DNA of 64,000 nucleotides from Albugo candida (Eukaryota): NCBI GenBank assembly GCA_040437565.1, contig JBDOQK010000024.1, positions 372,001 to 436,000 of the forward strand, read 5' to 3'. Shown piece by piece: positions 47,592 to 59,002 of this stretch (position 1 is its first letter; each line of letters starts with the position of its first letter). The notes under the pieces were generated by a model. It saw only the letters and a program-made list of their open reading frames with translations, ran no database searches and was not told where the DNA came from. The position numbers and the translations under genes were made by a program.

Positions 47592-48486
47592 ATGCAAACA
47601 CAAAAAATCTTTGTAGAGAATTGGACGTATTTGGAAATTGGAATTTTTGAGGAATGTGTCGAAAGATTTGGAAAATGTTTTCACAAAATCGCTCGCGAGG
47701 TCGGCCTCCAAAAATCGATACAAGAAATTGTGTATGATGAAAAATTTGCTTAGATACCTCGAAAATCGGTCAAAGATGTGATTTCTTTCTACTATTTGTG
47801 GAAAAAATGCACGAGTCATACGATCGGTCGAAAGAAAGATGCAGGGCGATGTGCACAGAAGGAGCAAAGTGACCATGAAGATATGGATTTAGCTATGAGG
47901 AGCAACATTAATCGTTATAAAGGTAGTCAAAATGTGACACTATTCCGTGATTCTGGGTTACAAAAGCTACAATTCACATCGGTAGCTCGTCAGCGGCTTC
48001 TTAAGGAATACTTTTGTGCATCTCGATTGTTATATGGACCCAAAAAAGACCTTCAGCCATTATCGAAGCGACTCGATCTCAAAAGCGTACGTTAGAGATG
48101 AAGTATTTTGATGGCTGATCTCACAATTAAACCTGTTTTATCAGCTTCGACTGGATCGTGTGGGTGCATACAGTGCTTGCATACAAGGGAATGCCCAATT
48201 AAGAAGTAGTAATGTTTTCGGTACTATCTTTCAAATGGTTTTACCTGAAGGCGTACTTATTATTCCCTGCAAAGATTTCTGGTCGCCTTTGGACATATAT
48301 TTATTCACACAAGGTATCCAGCATTATGGAAAGCGCTTCCATTTGGTGGCACGGAAGGTAGCGTTTATGTTATTACCACGTCTTCCATGTTGTAAGCATT
48401 TATTTATTTAGATTGGAACCAAAACTTGTAAACAAGTGATTGCATTTTATTATCAATGGAAGAAAGAAGCGTATTCTAGCTTCTAG
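47592..48486 (+). CDS. Double SANT/Myb-domain protein (MIER/RERE/MTA-type SANT), spliced
   Basis: NWTYLEIGIFEECVERFGKCFHKIA..RKSVKDVISFYYLWKK and FWSPLDIYLFTQGIQHYGKRFHLVA..TKTCKQVIAFYYQWKK. Confidence 0.78.
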
Positions 48487-48492
48487 TTGAGT

Positions 48493-50211
48493 CTAATCGA
48501 CCACAATGACTTCTTTTCCAGTGATTTCTCCTTCATTTCGAGAACCAGAAAGCCTTGTGCATGAATGACATATCCAGGATGCGAGTGGAAGCACCTTCAA
48601 ATTGATGCAGTATTTGTGGAATACGCGGTGGCACAAATCACATAAAATCAATGCCTCATCATTCTCAGATTTGAAACAGATCGAACACGATTCGGCATCG
48701 AGAAAGTAAGACCGAGAGCTATACAGTTGAGGGACTGCACTCACTATTCCTTCCGCTTTTGCTTGCTCATATCGTTTGATGGTTCGATACCGATGGAATC
48801 CATGTAATGCATGCGCGATATCGATCAGATCGAGTTTCTGGCTTTGGAAATATGGAAATGTAACATTCAATGCTTTGAACCCTTGCGCTTGACGCTTTTG
48901 TAGAATTTTGGCCAAGTCGATGAGTTGGGTGGGTCGAGCGCGATGTTTGCCATAAATGTGCACAAGTGACGCTTTTGCATCTTCACTCAGCCAAACAAAT
49001 TCGTTGGTGTCATCAAATCTTGATAGCTGGTTGAGTGCAAAGAGGTCAGCAATCACCTGCCAACACGTGCACGGGCCCAACGCGTCATTTTGAAAATCAG
49101 AGAGAGCTTGGAACGCTTGTTCCACTGATATACAATACTCTATCCTAGCTGTTACTACATCCAACTCGTTGTGAAAAGCTTGCAGAACGTTGAAAAATTC
49201 GGTCAACGTTATGCTGGCATCGGTATACCAGCCTCTTTCCATCGTACCTGTTTTTAATTTGGCTGCATTCACCTTGAAACGATCAAAGTCCTCTGGTACT
49301 GGGATGCCTCCGAGCATGTCGATGATTTCCAGATTATTGCAAAAGCGAAATACGACAGCCATCCAAAGCACTGTTTTCAGCGACAGGTCCTTCTGCGTCT
49401 TCTGAAGTCTATTGAATGTACACAAAAACGTTGGGTCTCAACAGAGCAAGCATAAGACAATGAGCATACATGACGACGTGTTTGCGCAAATATGCTGTAC
49501 TTCGATCCAATTCGCGATAGATGTTCCACGTCCAATACTGTTGAAGGCAAGGATCCACTTTTGGCGTATTACATCCCATCGTATAGCTGTGCAAAAGTAT
49601 TTGTCAAAGCTCGGTATAGAAAAGTGTTGGATGTAGTCTCACCAATGCCACATTCCATGCCGCTGATACACAAACTCATAAAACGACAGCGCGCCCATCC
49701 ACCAACTCCTAGCTTCCGTTATGATGGCATGCGGGAGACTTTCCGACTCATTAGCTCGACGTTGACGCTTTCTTGATGTTTCTCGAGCAGAGTACCCTTC
49801 TCGGGCCAAGTACACTGACTCACAACTGACGCTACACACTGGGACCGATGGAGTGCTTCGTAGCAAGTTTGTGGACATATATTCGGGTTCTGGAGTGTTG
49901 CACACGAAACAAAAGGATGAATTTGATGGTTTCTCTCCGCTTTTGACAGTCAGGTCGATTGTGTTGGGATGCTCAGCTTGTCTGGAGCGCGATGTTAGAT
50001 CACTTATTTTGATGCTTTCGGTTGTATTCGAGTGATTTGTTTTGACAATTTGGCTACTGAGGGCGACGGGTAATTTCTCAATGCGTTTAGATTTACCTTC
50101 ATGGATGTCAAGTTTGCTGTGCGTTGCGTTAAACCACACGCTGATGATAAAGTTGTCATCAGCGATCATCGCGACAGTGCCGAAATAAGGTGATGTCCTG
50201 ATATAATACAT
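48493..50211 (-). CDS. PHD-finger protein carrying an aGPT-PPlase clade-1-like (HhH superfamily) domain; spliced, start uncertain
   Basis: C-terminal PHD CSIC..LILCDLCHRVFHKYC..WICHSC; central motifs FYEFVYQRH, DPCLQQYWTWNIYRELDRST, VFRFCN, LGPCTCWQVIADL, NEFV, LDLIDIAHAL..FHRY. Confidence 0.72.
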
Positions 50212-50426
50212 TGGAACACTAAATCATTAAAGTAGGGATGACACCAGACACACAATTTTGNNNNNNNNNNNNNNNNNNNNNNNNNNNNNNNNNNNNNNNN
50301 NNNNNNNNNNNNNNNNNNNNNNNNNNNNNNNNNNNNNNNNNNNNNNNNNNNNNNNNNNNNGGATGACACCAGACACACAATTTTGAGATTCTTTCATTAA
50401 GTGTTTGTTAGCGTGTCTCGACTCAT

Positions 50427-51395
50427 TCACATCTTATCGGAGAGAATTGCTTCCAGTTTAACAATGTCCGCGCTGAACCCTCGAATGCCTTCAGCGAGTT
50501 TTTCAGTAGCCATCGCATCGTCATTCATCAGCAATCGAAAATCCTTCTCAGATAGCATTAATTGTTCCCCTTCATACGCTTTAGCAGCTGAGGTCTCGTC
50601 GAGTTTTCGACTCACGGGGGTTTCTTTCGTAGCCAATTCTTCCAACAGGGAGGGAGATATTGTCAGACGATCACAGCCAGCGAGCTCCAAGATCTCTTCT
50701 GTGTTTCTGAAGCTAGCGCCCATCACAATCGTTTTGTAACCAAATTTTTTAAAATAGCGGTAAATGTTTGTCACAGAAACGACACCTGGATCTTCTTCCG
50801 GTTTGTAAGAACTCAATCCAGTTTTCGCTTTGTACCAATCCAGGATACGACCAACAAACGGTGAGATAAGTGTTGCTCCTGCTTCAGCACATGCAGCCGC
50901 TTGTGCAAATCCGAAAAGCAGCGTCATATTGCAATGAATGCCTTCTTTCTCCAGTTTTTTGCAAGCTTGGATACCTTCCCAGGTGCTTGCAATCTTGATA
51001 AGAATTCTTTCTTTTCCAATGCCTTCTTTTTGATACAGATCGATGATACGATGTGCGCGTTCGATTGTTTCATCGGTATCGAAACTGAGCCGTGCGTCGA
51101 CTTCTGTTGATACGTACCCCGGCACAATCTTTAATATTTCCAACCCAAAGTTGACAGCAAGTTTGTCAACGACATGAGCCAGTCTTTCTCGGTCGGAAAC
51201 TTTGCTTCCCAATGTCTTCCCATACGCGATAGCATTTTCGAGCAAATGTTTATAGTGATCCATACTTGCAGCTTTAAATAAAAGGGATGGATTGGTTGTA
51301 GCATCTTGAGGTTTATATTTCGCAATTGATGCAAAGTCACCCGTGTCAATGACGACCGTTGTAAAGCTCTTGAGCTGCTCCAGTTGCGACGTCAT
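50427..51395 (-). CDS. TAL1: Transaldolase
   Basis: [59 protein letters not shown]. Confidence 0.97.
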   Translation of the reverse strand: MTSQLEQLKSFTTVVIDTGDFASIAKYKPQDATTNPSLLFKAASMDHYKHLLENAIAYGKTLGSKVSDRERLAHVVDKLAVNFGLEILKIVPGYVSTEVDARLSFDTDETIERAHRIIDLYQKEGIGKERILIKIASTWEGIQACKKLEKEGIHCNMTLLFGFAQAAACAEAGATLISPFVGRILDWYKAKTGLSSYKPEEDPGVVSVTNIYRYFKKFGYKTIVMGASFRNTEEILELAGCDRLTISPSLLEELATKETPVSRKLDETSAAKAYEGEQLMLSEKDFRLLMNDDAMATEKLAEGIRGFSADIVKLEAILSDKM

Positions 51396-51491
51396 TCGAT
51401 ATTTCTTTTCGCTTCAGAAAGATTCGATCCTGGTTTATGTCGTACTTTGGGGAAACTCACTAACGAACACACTATTTCGGTGCGTCTTCTT

Positions 51492-53033
51492 ATGGCGCAA
51501 ATCGGCATCCGAAATGGACAGCTTTCCGTGCTCAAATCAGAGAAACCGCAAGGCGTACAGCGAGATTTGGAGATCATAACGGAAAGAGATTTTAAGCATG
51601 GTGTCATCTCTCTCGGTATTCGCCTTCTGGAAACCGCTGAACTCGATCGCAACAGTCCATTCATTCTAATTACTGACGAAGACAGTACAAGCTGCGGAAT
51701 TCTTGCCGCTGCTGTAAGAAAACAGTGCGTCTTAGTCGTAATAGATAAAAGAAGAAAAGCACTTGTTGATTATGTCATCCAAGAAACCGGAATCCATTCC
51801 GTTTTTGTTGTCAAACATGAGAACAAATGTATACAAAAGTATCCGCATGGTTGCGAGTTTGTACGGCTAGATAAAGATGCATGGCTCCACCAAGATCCGA
51901 TAAGTAGCTGTGGTGGTATCGGCTTCCTCACTTCTGGCAGCTTAGGCCGCCCAAAAATCGTGATTCATTCTTGGGAGTCGGTAAAAAAACAAGCCGAAAT
52001 AAGTCGCCAGCTATTACTGAGCCACATTTACTCAGAATTTCAGCTGATCTTTTGTACTTCAATCGCACATGCATTTTCATTTAATGCATTGTGCACCTTT
52101 TTGGCGCACATAGACTATCAAGAAGATCATTCGAGTCCTCATAGCTCTGATCTCGTTTTGGTCGCTGGGGATTATAAAGGTTTGCTTCGTCTTGTCAGTA
52201 AGGCAGCCTCAAAGCATCCACGTAAACACAGGGTACTATATGGAACACCTGGCACGTATACCACTCTTTTGGAAGCGACAGAATCTGAATTGCCACTCGA
52301 TATCGATGTTCCATTCTGTGCAGGTGCTCTACTCGATCCAAAGTTGTATATGAGAGTTTCCAAAGTATTTCACTGCCGTTTGATCCAGAATTACGGCTCC
52401 ACTGAGACTGGTGTTATTGCTTGCTGGGAAGCCGTGGACGCGTCCAAGAGTGCCGAAAAAGAAGAGAAAGTTTATCTGACCTCTACCTCTGCAGCCGACG
52501 GAGATCGGAAAACATATGTTGGCGTTCCGATTCCTGGTGTTCACGTTGATATTGATCAAAATTTAGGTGAGCTGCTGACACAGACCCCTTATTCTTGTAT
52601 TGGATATGTGCGAAATCAGCGCTTGGACAAGTTCGAAAGCCAAATGTATCGAACTGGAGATCGGTCGACGATAGAAATCACAGATCGTTCGGACCAGCCC
52701 CGAGTTTATTTATTCGGACGAATTCGACCCAGAATCACAGTTGGTGACTCAGCGCATCGAGCGTTTTATGAGCCATTGCAACTGGAGAAAATTCTTTGCA
52801 AGCATCCGAGCGTGACGGATGCATTACTTACCAGTACCCGCGGGAAGTCAGAATCGGATATTCTTATCCGAATTGTTCAGGATGCAACTTGTACATTGAC
52901 CGTGGCAGCTTTGAAAGAATCTCTCATAGTCTGGTTGGAAGAAAATAGAATTTGTCTACCAGACAAATCTTTCCGTCTTGAAGTCGTCGAGAATTTGGAA
53001 TGCAGTCCAGCCGGAAAACTGATATATCGCTGA
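51492..53033 (+). CDS. Adenylate-forming enzyme (AMP-binding, acyl-CoA synthetase-like), intronless
   Basis: ANL motifs LTSGSLGRPK, QNYGSTETG, YRTGD, FGR, SPAGKL; first ATG at 51492. Confidence 0.85.
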   Translation: MAQIGIRNGQLSVLKSEKPQGVQRDLEIITERDFKHGVISLGIRLLETAELDRNSPFILITDEDSTSCGILAAAVRKQCVLVVIDKRRKALVDYVIQETGIHSVFVVKHENKCIQKYPHGCEFVRLDKDAWLHQDPISSCGGIGFLTSGSLGRPKIVIHSWESVKKQAEISRQLLLSHIYSEFQLIFCTSIAHAFSFNALCTFLAHIDYQEDHSSPHSSDLVLVAGDYKGLLRLVSKAASKHPRKHRVLYGTPGTYTTLLEATESELPLDIDVPFCAGALLDPKLYMRVSKVFHCRLIQNYGSTETGVIACWEAVDASKSAEKEEKVYLTSTSAADGDRKTYVGVPIPGVHVDIDQNLGELLTQTPYSCIGYVRNQRLDKFESQMYRTGDRSTIEITDRSDQPRVYLFGRIRPRITVGDSAHRAFYEPLQLEKILCKHPSVTDALLTSTRGKSESDILIRIVQDATCTLTVAALKESLIVWLEENRICLPDKSFRLEVVENLECSPAGKLIYR

Positions 53034-53253
53034 TTATGCACATTTTTCTAACATTCCAAAACTCAATTTGCAAAGAATGCATGTTGATTCCTAATTTTGA
53101 TTTATATCTTAACAGGCTTATTTCGCTAACGTGTGTGACTCGGAACTCTTCAATGCGCAACGGTCAGGACTATTTTGAGAGTGCAGCTCTCCATATTGTA
53201 TTTCAAACCGCGCAACTCATCTCGAAATTGTGTACCTACAGACGAGTGTCGAA

Positions 53254-53607
53254 ATGATGGCACGAGAATCTGTGGTGAATCTGCTGGATTTTTGGACTGC
53301 ATCTGGGCAACTTACTTACAAATATCACGTGGCATATCCGTCCAAAACGGATCCCAATTTTATACGCGTTACCTTCAGCAAGCCAACTGAACAAAAACCA
53401 TCTCCGGATGCAGTGGCGCATTACACATTCGTTACGAAAGAGACGTCAGGGCGCGTAGAAGGATTCAAAGTTGAGAATGATCCGCATTTGTTCAGACTAT
53501 CAGAGATTTCTTTTCAAGAAAAAATGATTGATCGGACAATAAAGCTCAAACTGAATGTTCGGCGTTTTCTCGAGAAAATGGAACCCCGACTCTTCACGCA
53601 ACTCTAG
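53254..53607 (+). CDS. Small protein resembling the AKAP28/AKAP14 family (ciliary)
   Basis: RVTFSKPTEQKPSPDAVAHYTF..FKVEND..FQEKMIDR resembles the AKAP28-family pattern (W/F)SxPTxxxPxPxAxA..F.E..F.EKW. Confidence 0.5.
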   Translation: MMARESVVNLLDFWTASGQLTYKYHVAYPSKTDPNFIRVTFSKPTEQKPSPDAVAHYTFVTKETSGRVEGFKVENDPHLFRLSEISFQEKMIDRTIKLKLNVRRFLEKMEPRLFTQL

Positions 53608-53796
53608 TCGCAGCCACTTTATGTAGAGAAAGTCCTAGAATTAGAGTTGGATGGTTCTGGTCTCCATCAAACGACCCAGTTGTATTCAATTGGCTATTAA
53701 TCCCTCACTTAGTGCTTCGAATATCTTTTTTCTAGAAAACCGTTTGAAGTTGAGATTCATTCCTCAATTTGCTGCGACAAACAATCACTCAATAGC

Positions 53797-56049
53797 ATGG
53801 TTCATGATATCGATGCGTATGCGTACGTTATCACATCCTGCGTGTTTGGAATGGCGTTCGCTGCGTACCTATTTTGGGAAGTAAACAAAATCAAAGTCAC
53901 ACGGCGTGGTGAAACTTACTCGCTCTTGCTGTCGGACGTACGAGGTCAAACGGCCGATCGCCTTTTCGAGATCCATGCTGCCATACAAGAGGGAGCGCGG
54001 GCTTTCTTGTTTGCTGAATATACTTTGTGTCTTGCGTTTATCATCGTCTTTGGGACTATTGTATTGGTGCTGACTTCGTATGTCAATAAACCCGAGAAAA
54101 CATTTGATTGGACATTTGGCTCAATGAATGCCACAGCATTCGCGATTGGTGGATTGACTTCCATGGCTTCTGGATACTTGGGAATGATGGTTGCTGTATA
54201 TGCTAATGCTAGAACGACGGTGTCTGCAATGCGTGAGGGCTCAAGAGGATGGAAGGAGAGCTTTAATACAGCATTTCGTGCCGGTGGAGTGATGGGGTAT
54301 GGTCTCACTTCTCTGGCACTTTTGGTTCTTTTCGTTTTGATAAAGATTTTTGAGTACCAATATCCTCTTTCCAGTAATGCGAAACAGCTTTTTGAAGCTA
54401 TCGCCGGTTATGGTCTCGGTGGTTCCTCCATTGCAATGTTTGGTCGTGTTGGTGGCGGCATATATACCAAAGCTGCTGATGTTGGCGCGGATTTGGCTGG
54501 AAAAGTTGTTGAGAACATTCCAGAAGATGACCCACGTAATCCTGCTACAATTGCAGACAATGTCGGTGACAACGTCGGTGATGTTGCGGGTATGGGCTCT
54601 GATCTTTTTGGATCGTTGGCCGAGGCTACTTGTGCTACCCTTATCATCTCCACTCAAAGCACGGAAATAATCAACGCGGGATGGCCAGCTATTTTGTTTC
54701 CGCTTGTGGTCACAGGAACGGGTATTTTTGTCTGCGCCGCAACAAGTTTTCTGGCGACTCACGTATGGGCGGTGAAAGCTGAAAGAGATGTTGAAAGAGT
54801 GCTCAAGATTCAGCTATTTGTATCTGCTGCTTTAATGACTATTTGCATCATTCCGATTGCATTTTGGTTACTTCCATCGTCGTTCACAATCGCTGGAATC
54901 TATCATTTGTCGCCATTTCATGCGTTCGAATGTGTGGCTATCGGTCTGTGGGGAGGTTGTTTTGTCGGCTTTATAACCGAGTACTTCACGTCGCACAGTT
55001 ATCGTCCAGTACGTGAGGTTGCTCAATCATGCGAAACGGGCGCGGCTACCAACATCATTTATGGTTTGGCACTGGGGTACAAATCCGCCATTATTCCAAT
55101 CACAGTGATATCGATTGCAGTCTATATCAGCTTTTCAGTAGCTGGAATGTATGGTGTAGCTCTGTCAGCTCTTGGATTTCTCGGAACGCTTGCCACTTGT
55201 CTCTCTATCGATGTGTATGGACCTATTTGCGACAACGCTGGAGGTATCGCAGAAATGGCTGAGCTTCCTGCTGAAGTTCGAGATAAAACCGATGCTCTTG
55301 ACGCCGCTGGAAATACCACTGCTGCCATTGGCAAAGGATTCGCGATTGGTTCTGCAGCATTGGTGTCACTAGCTCTATTTGGGGGATTTGTCACTCGCAT
55401 TGAGGAAACAAGCATTAACATCCTATCGCCTATAACTTTTGCTGGGTTGTTTATGGGGGCAATGCTCCCATACTGGTTCACAGCTCTCACCATGAAATCG
55501 GTAGGTGTTGCAGCAATGGAAATGGTCAAAGAAGTCAAGCATCAATTCGCTACGATTCCAGGCCTTCTTGAAGGCTTACCAGGCCACGGTCCACCCGATC
55601 ATGCTCGTTGTATCAAGATATCAACAGACGCGTCACTTCGAGAAATGGTGCCGCCAGGTCTGCTAGTGATGCTTTCCCCCATCATCGCTGGCACTTTTTT
55701 CGGCGTTCATGCTGTATGTGGTCTTCTTGTTGGCGCGTTGACCTCAGGAGTACAATTGGCGATATCTCAGTCGAACACCGGAGGCGCATGGGACAACGCG
55801 AAAAAGTATGTGGAAAAAGGATGTGTGACTATCGAAGACAAAGAAGGAAAGCTGATTGTTCAAGGAAAAGGAAGCGCAATCCATAAAGCGGCCGTTATTG
55901 GCGATACAGTGGGAGACCCGCTAAAGGACACATCAGGACCAGCTCTGAATATCCTGATGAAGCTTATGGCGATCATCTCGCTCGTGTTTGGCGACTTTTT
56001 CAAAAGCATCAATGACGGACGCGGTATCTTCAACATTGACCAACATTAA
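53797..56049 (+). CDS. Membrane H+-translocating pyrophosphatase (V-PPase), K+-dependent type
   Basis: [54 protein letters not shown] (Ala marks the K+-dependent type); [14 protein letters not shown]; multiple TMs. Confidence 0.97.
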   Translation: MVHDIDAYAYVITSCVFGMAFAAYLFWEVNKIKVTRRGETYSLLLSDVRGQTADRLFEIHAAIQEGARAFLFAEYTLCLAFIIVFGTIVLVLTSYVNKPEKTFDWTFGSMNATAFAIGGLTSMASGYLGMMVAVYANARTTVSAMREGSRGWKESFNTAFRAGGVMGYGLTSLALLVLFVLIKIFEYQYPLSSNAKQLFEAIAGYGLGGSSIAMFGRVGGGIYTKAADVGADLAGKVVENIPEDDPRNPATIADNVGDNVGDVAGMGSDLFGSLAEATCATLIISTQSTEIINAGWPAILFPLVVTGTGIFVCAATSFLATHVWAVKAERDVERVLKIQLFVSAALMTICIIPIAFWLLPSSFTIAGIYHLSPFHAFECVAIGLWGGCFVGFITEYFTSHSYRPVREVAQSCETGAATNIIYGLALGYKSAIIPITVISIAVYISFSVAGMYGVALSALGFLGTLATCLSIDVYGPICDNAGGIAEMAELPAEVRDKTDALDAAGNTTAAIGKGFAIGSAALVSLALFGGFVTRIEETSINILSPITFAGLFMGAMLPYWFTALTMKSVGVAAMEMVKEVKHQFATIPGLLEGLPGHGPPDHARCIKISTDASLREMVPPGLLVMLSPIIAGTFFGVHAVCGLLVGALTSGVQLAISQSNTGGAWDNAKKYVEKGCVTIEDKEGKLIVQGKGSAIHKAAVIGDTVGDPLKDTSGPALNILMKLMAIISLVFGDFFKSINDGRGIFNIDQH

Positions 56050-56658
56050 ACTTCTAGGTGTTTTTTAGCCAATCCGATAAAGGCTAGTTTCTCGATTATA
56101 ATTGGCTATTATAGCACACTTTTCTTGGGAATCGCTTTAAATGCTCCCTACAGTTTTGCGAACAAAGCGTCCTTCTAACGAGAACGCGTGGCTTCTAATT
56201 CCCAAAGTGTATGTATACATCGGCGCTAGTTTGCTGTTTCTCATTGGAAGCATTTTTGGTGCTGGANNNNNNNNNNNNNNNNNNNNNNNNNNNNNNNNNN
56301 NNNNNNNNNNNNNNNNNNNNNNNNNNNNNNNNNNNNNNNNNNNNNNNNNNNNNNNNNNNNNNNNNNGATTTCTTTTCAAGAAAAAATGATTGATCGGACA
56401 ATAAAGCTCAAACTGAATGTTCGGCGTTTTCTCGAGAAAATGGAACCCCGACTCTTCACGCAACTCTAGTCGCAGCCACTTTATGTAGAGAAAGTCCTAG
56501 AATTAGAGTTGGATGGTTCTGGTCTCCATCAAACGACCCAGTTGTATTCAATTGGCTATTAATCCCTCACTTAGTGCTTCGAATATCTTTTTTCTAGAAA
56601 ACCGTTTGAAGTTGAGATTCATTCCTCAATTTGCTGCGACAAACAATCACTCAATAGC

Positions 56659-58911
56659 ATGGTTCATGATATCGATGCGTATGCGTACGTTATCACATCC
56701 TGCGTGTTTGGAATGGCGTTCGCTGCGTACCTATTTTGGGAAGTAAACAAAATCAAAGTCACACGGCGTGGTGAAACTTACTCGCTCTTGCTGTCGGACG
56801 TACGAGGTCAAACGGCCGATCGCCTTTTCGAGATCCATGCTGCCATACAAGAGGGAGCGCGGGCTTTCTTGTTTGCTGAATATACTTTGTGTCTTGCGTT
56901 TATCATCGTCTTTGGGACTATTGTATTGGTGCTGACTTCGTATGTCAATAAACCCGAGAAAACATTTGATTGGACATTTGGCTCAATGAATGCCACAGCA
57001 TTCGCGATTGGTGGATTGACTTCCATGGCTTCTGGATACTTGGGAATGATGGTTGCTGTATATGCTAATGCTAGAACGACGGTGTCTGCAATGCGTGAGG
57101 GCTCAAGAGGATGGAAGGAGAGCTTTAATACAGCATTTCGTGCCGGTGGAGTGATGGGGTATGGTCTCACTTCTCTGGCACTTTTGGTTCTTTTCGTTTT
57201 GATAAAGATTTTTGAGTACCAATATCCTCTTTCCAGTAATGCGAAACAGCTTTTTGAAGCTATCGCCGGTTATGGTCTCGGTGGTTCCTCCATTGCAATG
57301 TTTGGTCGTGTTGGTGGCGGCATATATACCAAAGCTGCTGATGTTGGCGCGGATTTGGCTGGAAAAGTTGTTGAGAACATTCCAGAAGATGACCCACGTA
57401 ATCCTGCTACAATTGCAGACAATGTCGGTGACAACGTCGGTGATGTTGCGGGTATGGGCTCTGATCTTTTTGGATCGTTGGCCGAGGCTACTTGTGCTAC
57501 CCTTATCATCTCCACTCAAAGCACGGAAATAATCAACGCGGGATGGCCAGCTATTTTGTTTCCGCTTGTGGTCACAGGAACGGGTATTTTTGTCTGCGCC
57601 GCAACAAGTTTTCTGGCGACTCACGTATGGGCGGTGAAAGCTGAAAGAGATGTTGAAAGAGTGCTCAAGATTCAGCTATTTGTATCTGCTGCTTTAATGA
57701 CTATTTGCATCATTCCGATTGCATTTTGGTTACTTCCATCGTCGTTCACAATCGCTGGAATCTATCATTTGTCGCCATTTCATGCGTTCGAATGTGTGGC
57801 TATCGGTCTGTGGGGAGGTTGTTTTGTCGGCTTTATAACCGAGTACTTCACGTCGCACAGTTATCGTCCAGTACGTGAGGTTGCTCAATCATGCGAAACG
57901 GGCGCGGCTACCAACATCATTTATGGTTTGGCACTGGGGTACAAATCCGCCATTATTCCAATCACAGTGATATCGATTGCAGTCTATATCAGCTTTTCAG
58001 TAGCTGGAATGTATGGTGTAGCTCTGTCAGCTCTTGGATTTCTCGGAACGCTTGCCACTTGTCTCTCTATCGATGTGTATGGACCTATTTGCGACAACGC
58101 TGGAGGTATCGCAGAAATGGCTGAGCTTCCTGCTGAAGTTCGAGATAAAACCGATGCTCTTGACGCCGCTGGAAATACCACTGCTGCCATTGGCAAAGGA
58201 TTCGCGATTGGTTCTGCAGCATTGGTGTCACTAGCTCTATTTGGGGGATTTGTCACTCGCATTGAGGAAACAAGCATTAACATCCTATCGCCTATAACTT
58301 TTGCTGGGTTGTTTATGGGGGCAATGCTCCCATACTGGTTCACAGCTCTCACCATGAAATCGGTAGGTGTTGCAGCAATGGAAATGGTCAAAGAAGTCAA
58401 GCATCAATTCGCTACGATTCCAGGCCTTCTTGAAGGCTTACCAGGCCACGGTCCACCCGATCATGCTCGTTGTATCAAGATATCAACAGACGCGTCACTT
58501 CGAGAAATGGTGCCGCCAGGTCTGCTAGTGATGCTTTCCCCCATCATCGCTGGCACTTTTTTCGGCGTTCATGCTGTATGTGGTCTTCTTGTTGGCGCGT
58601 TGACCTCAGGAGTACAATTGGCGATATCTCAGTCGAACACCGGAGGCGCATGGGACAACGCGAAAAAGTATGTGGAAAAAGGATGTGTGACTATCGAAGA
58701 CAAAGAAGGAAAGCTGATTGTTCAAGGAAAAGGAAGCGCAATCCATAAAGCGGCCGTTATTGGCGATACAGTGGGAGACCCGCTAAAGGACACATCAGGA
58801 CCAGCTCTGAATATCCTGATGAAGCTTATGGCGATCATCTCGCTCGTGTTTGGCGACTTTTTCAAAAGCATCAATGACGGACGCGGTATCTTCAACATTG
58901 ACCAACATTAA
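56659..58911 (+). CDS. H+-translocating pyrophosphatase, identical second copy (probable assembly duplicate)
   Basis: Protein identical to 53797-56049; lies within the duplicated block 53505-56266 / 56367-59128 flanking an N-gap. Confidence 0.6.
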   Translation: MVHDIDAYAYVITSCVFGMAFAAYLFWEVNKIKVTRRGETYSLLLSDVRGQTADRLFEIHAAIQEGARAFLFAEYTLCLAFIIVFGTIVLVLTSYVNKPEKTFDWTFGSMNATAFAIGGLTSMASGYLGMMVAVYANARTTVSAMREGSRGWKESFNTAFRAGGVMGYGLTSLALLVLFVLIKIFEYQYPLSSNAKQLFEAIAGYGLGGSSIAMFGRVGGGIYTKAADVGADLAGKVVENIPEDDPRNPATIADNVGDNVGDVAGMGSDLFGSLAEATCATLIISTQSTEIINAGWPAILFPLVVTGTGIFVCAATSFLATHVWAVKAERDVERVLKIQLFVSAALMTICIIPIAFWLLPSSFTIAGIYHLSPFHAFECVAIGLWGGCFVGFITEYFTSHSYRPVREVAQSCETGAATNIIYGLALGYKSAIIPITVISIAVYISFSVAGMYGVALSALGFLGTLATCLSIDVYGPICDNAGGIAEMAELPAEVRDKTDALDAAGNTTAAIGKGFAIGSAALVSLALFGGFVTRIEETSINILSPITFAGLFMGAMLPYWFTALTMKSVGVAAMEMVKEVKHQFATIPGLLEGLPGHGPPDHARCIKISTDASLREMVPPGLLVMLSPIIAGTFFGVHAVCGLLVGALTSGVQLAISQSNTGGAWDNAKKYVEKGCVTIEDKEGKLIVQGKGSAIHKAAVIGDTVGDPLKDTSGPALNILMKLMAIISLVFGDFFKSINDGRGIFNIDQH

Positions 58912-59002
58912 ACTTCTAGGTGTTTTTTAGCCAATCCGATAAAGGCTAGTTTCTCGATTATAATTGGCTATTATAGCACACTTTTCTTGGGAATCGCTTT
59001 AA

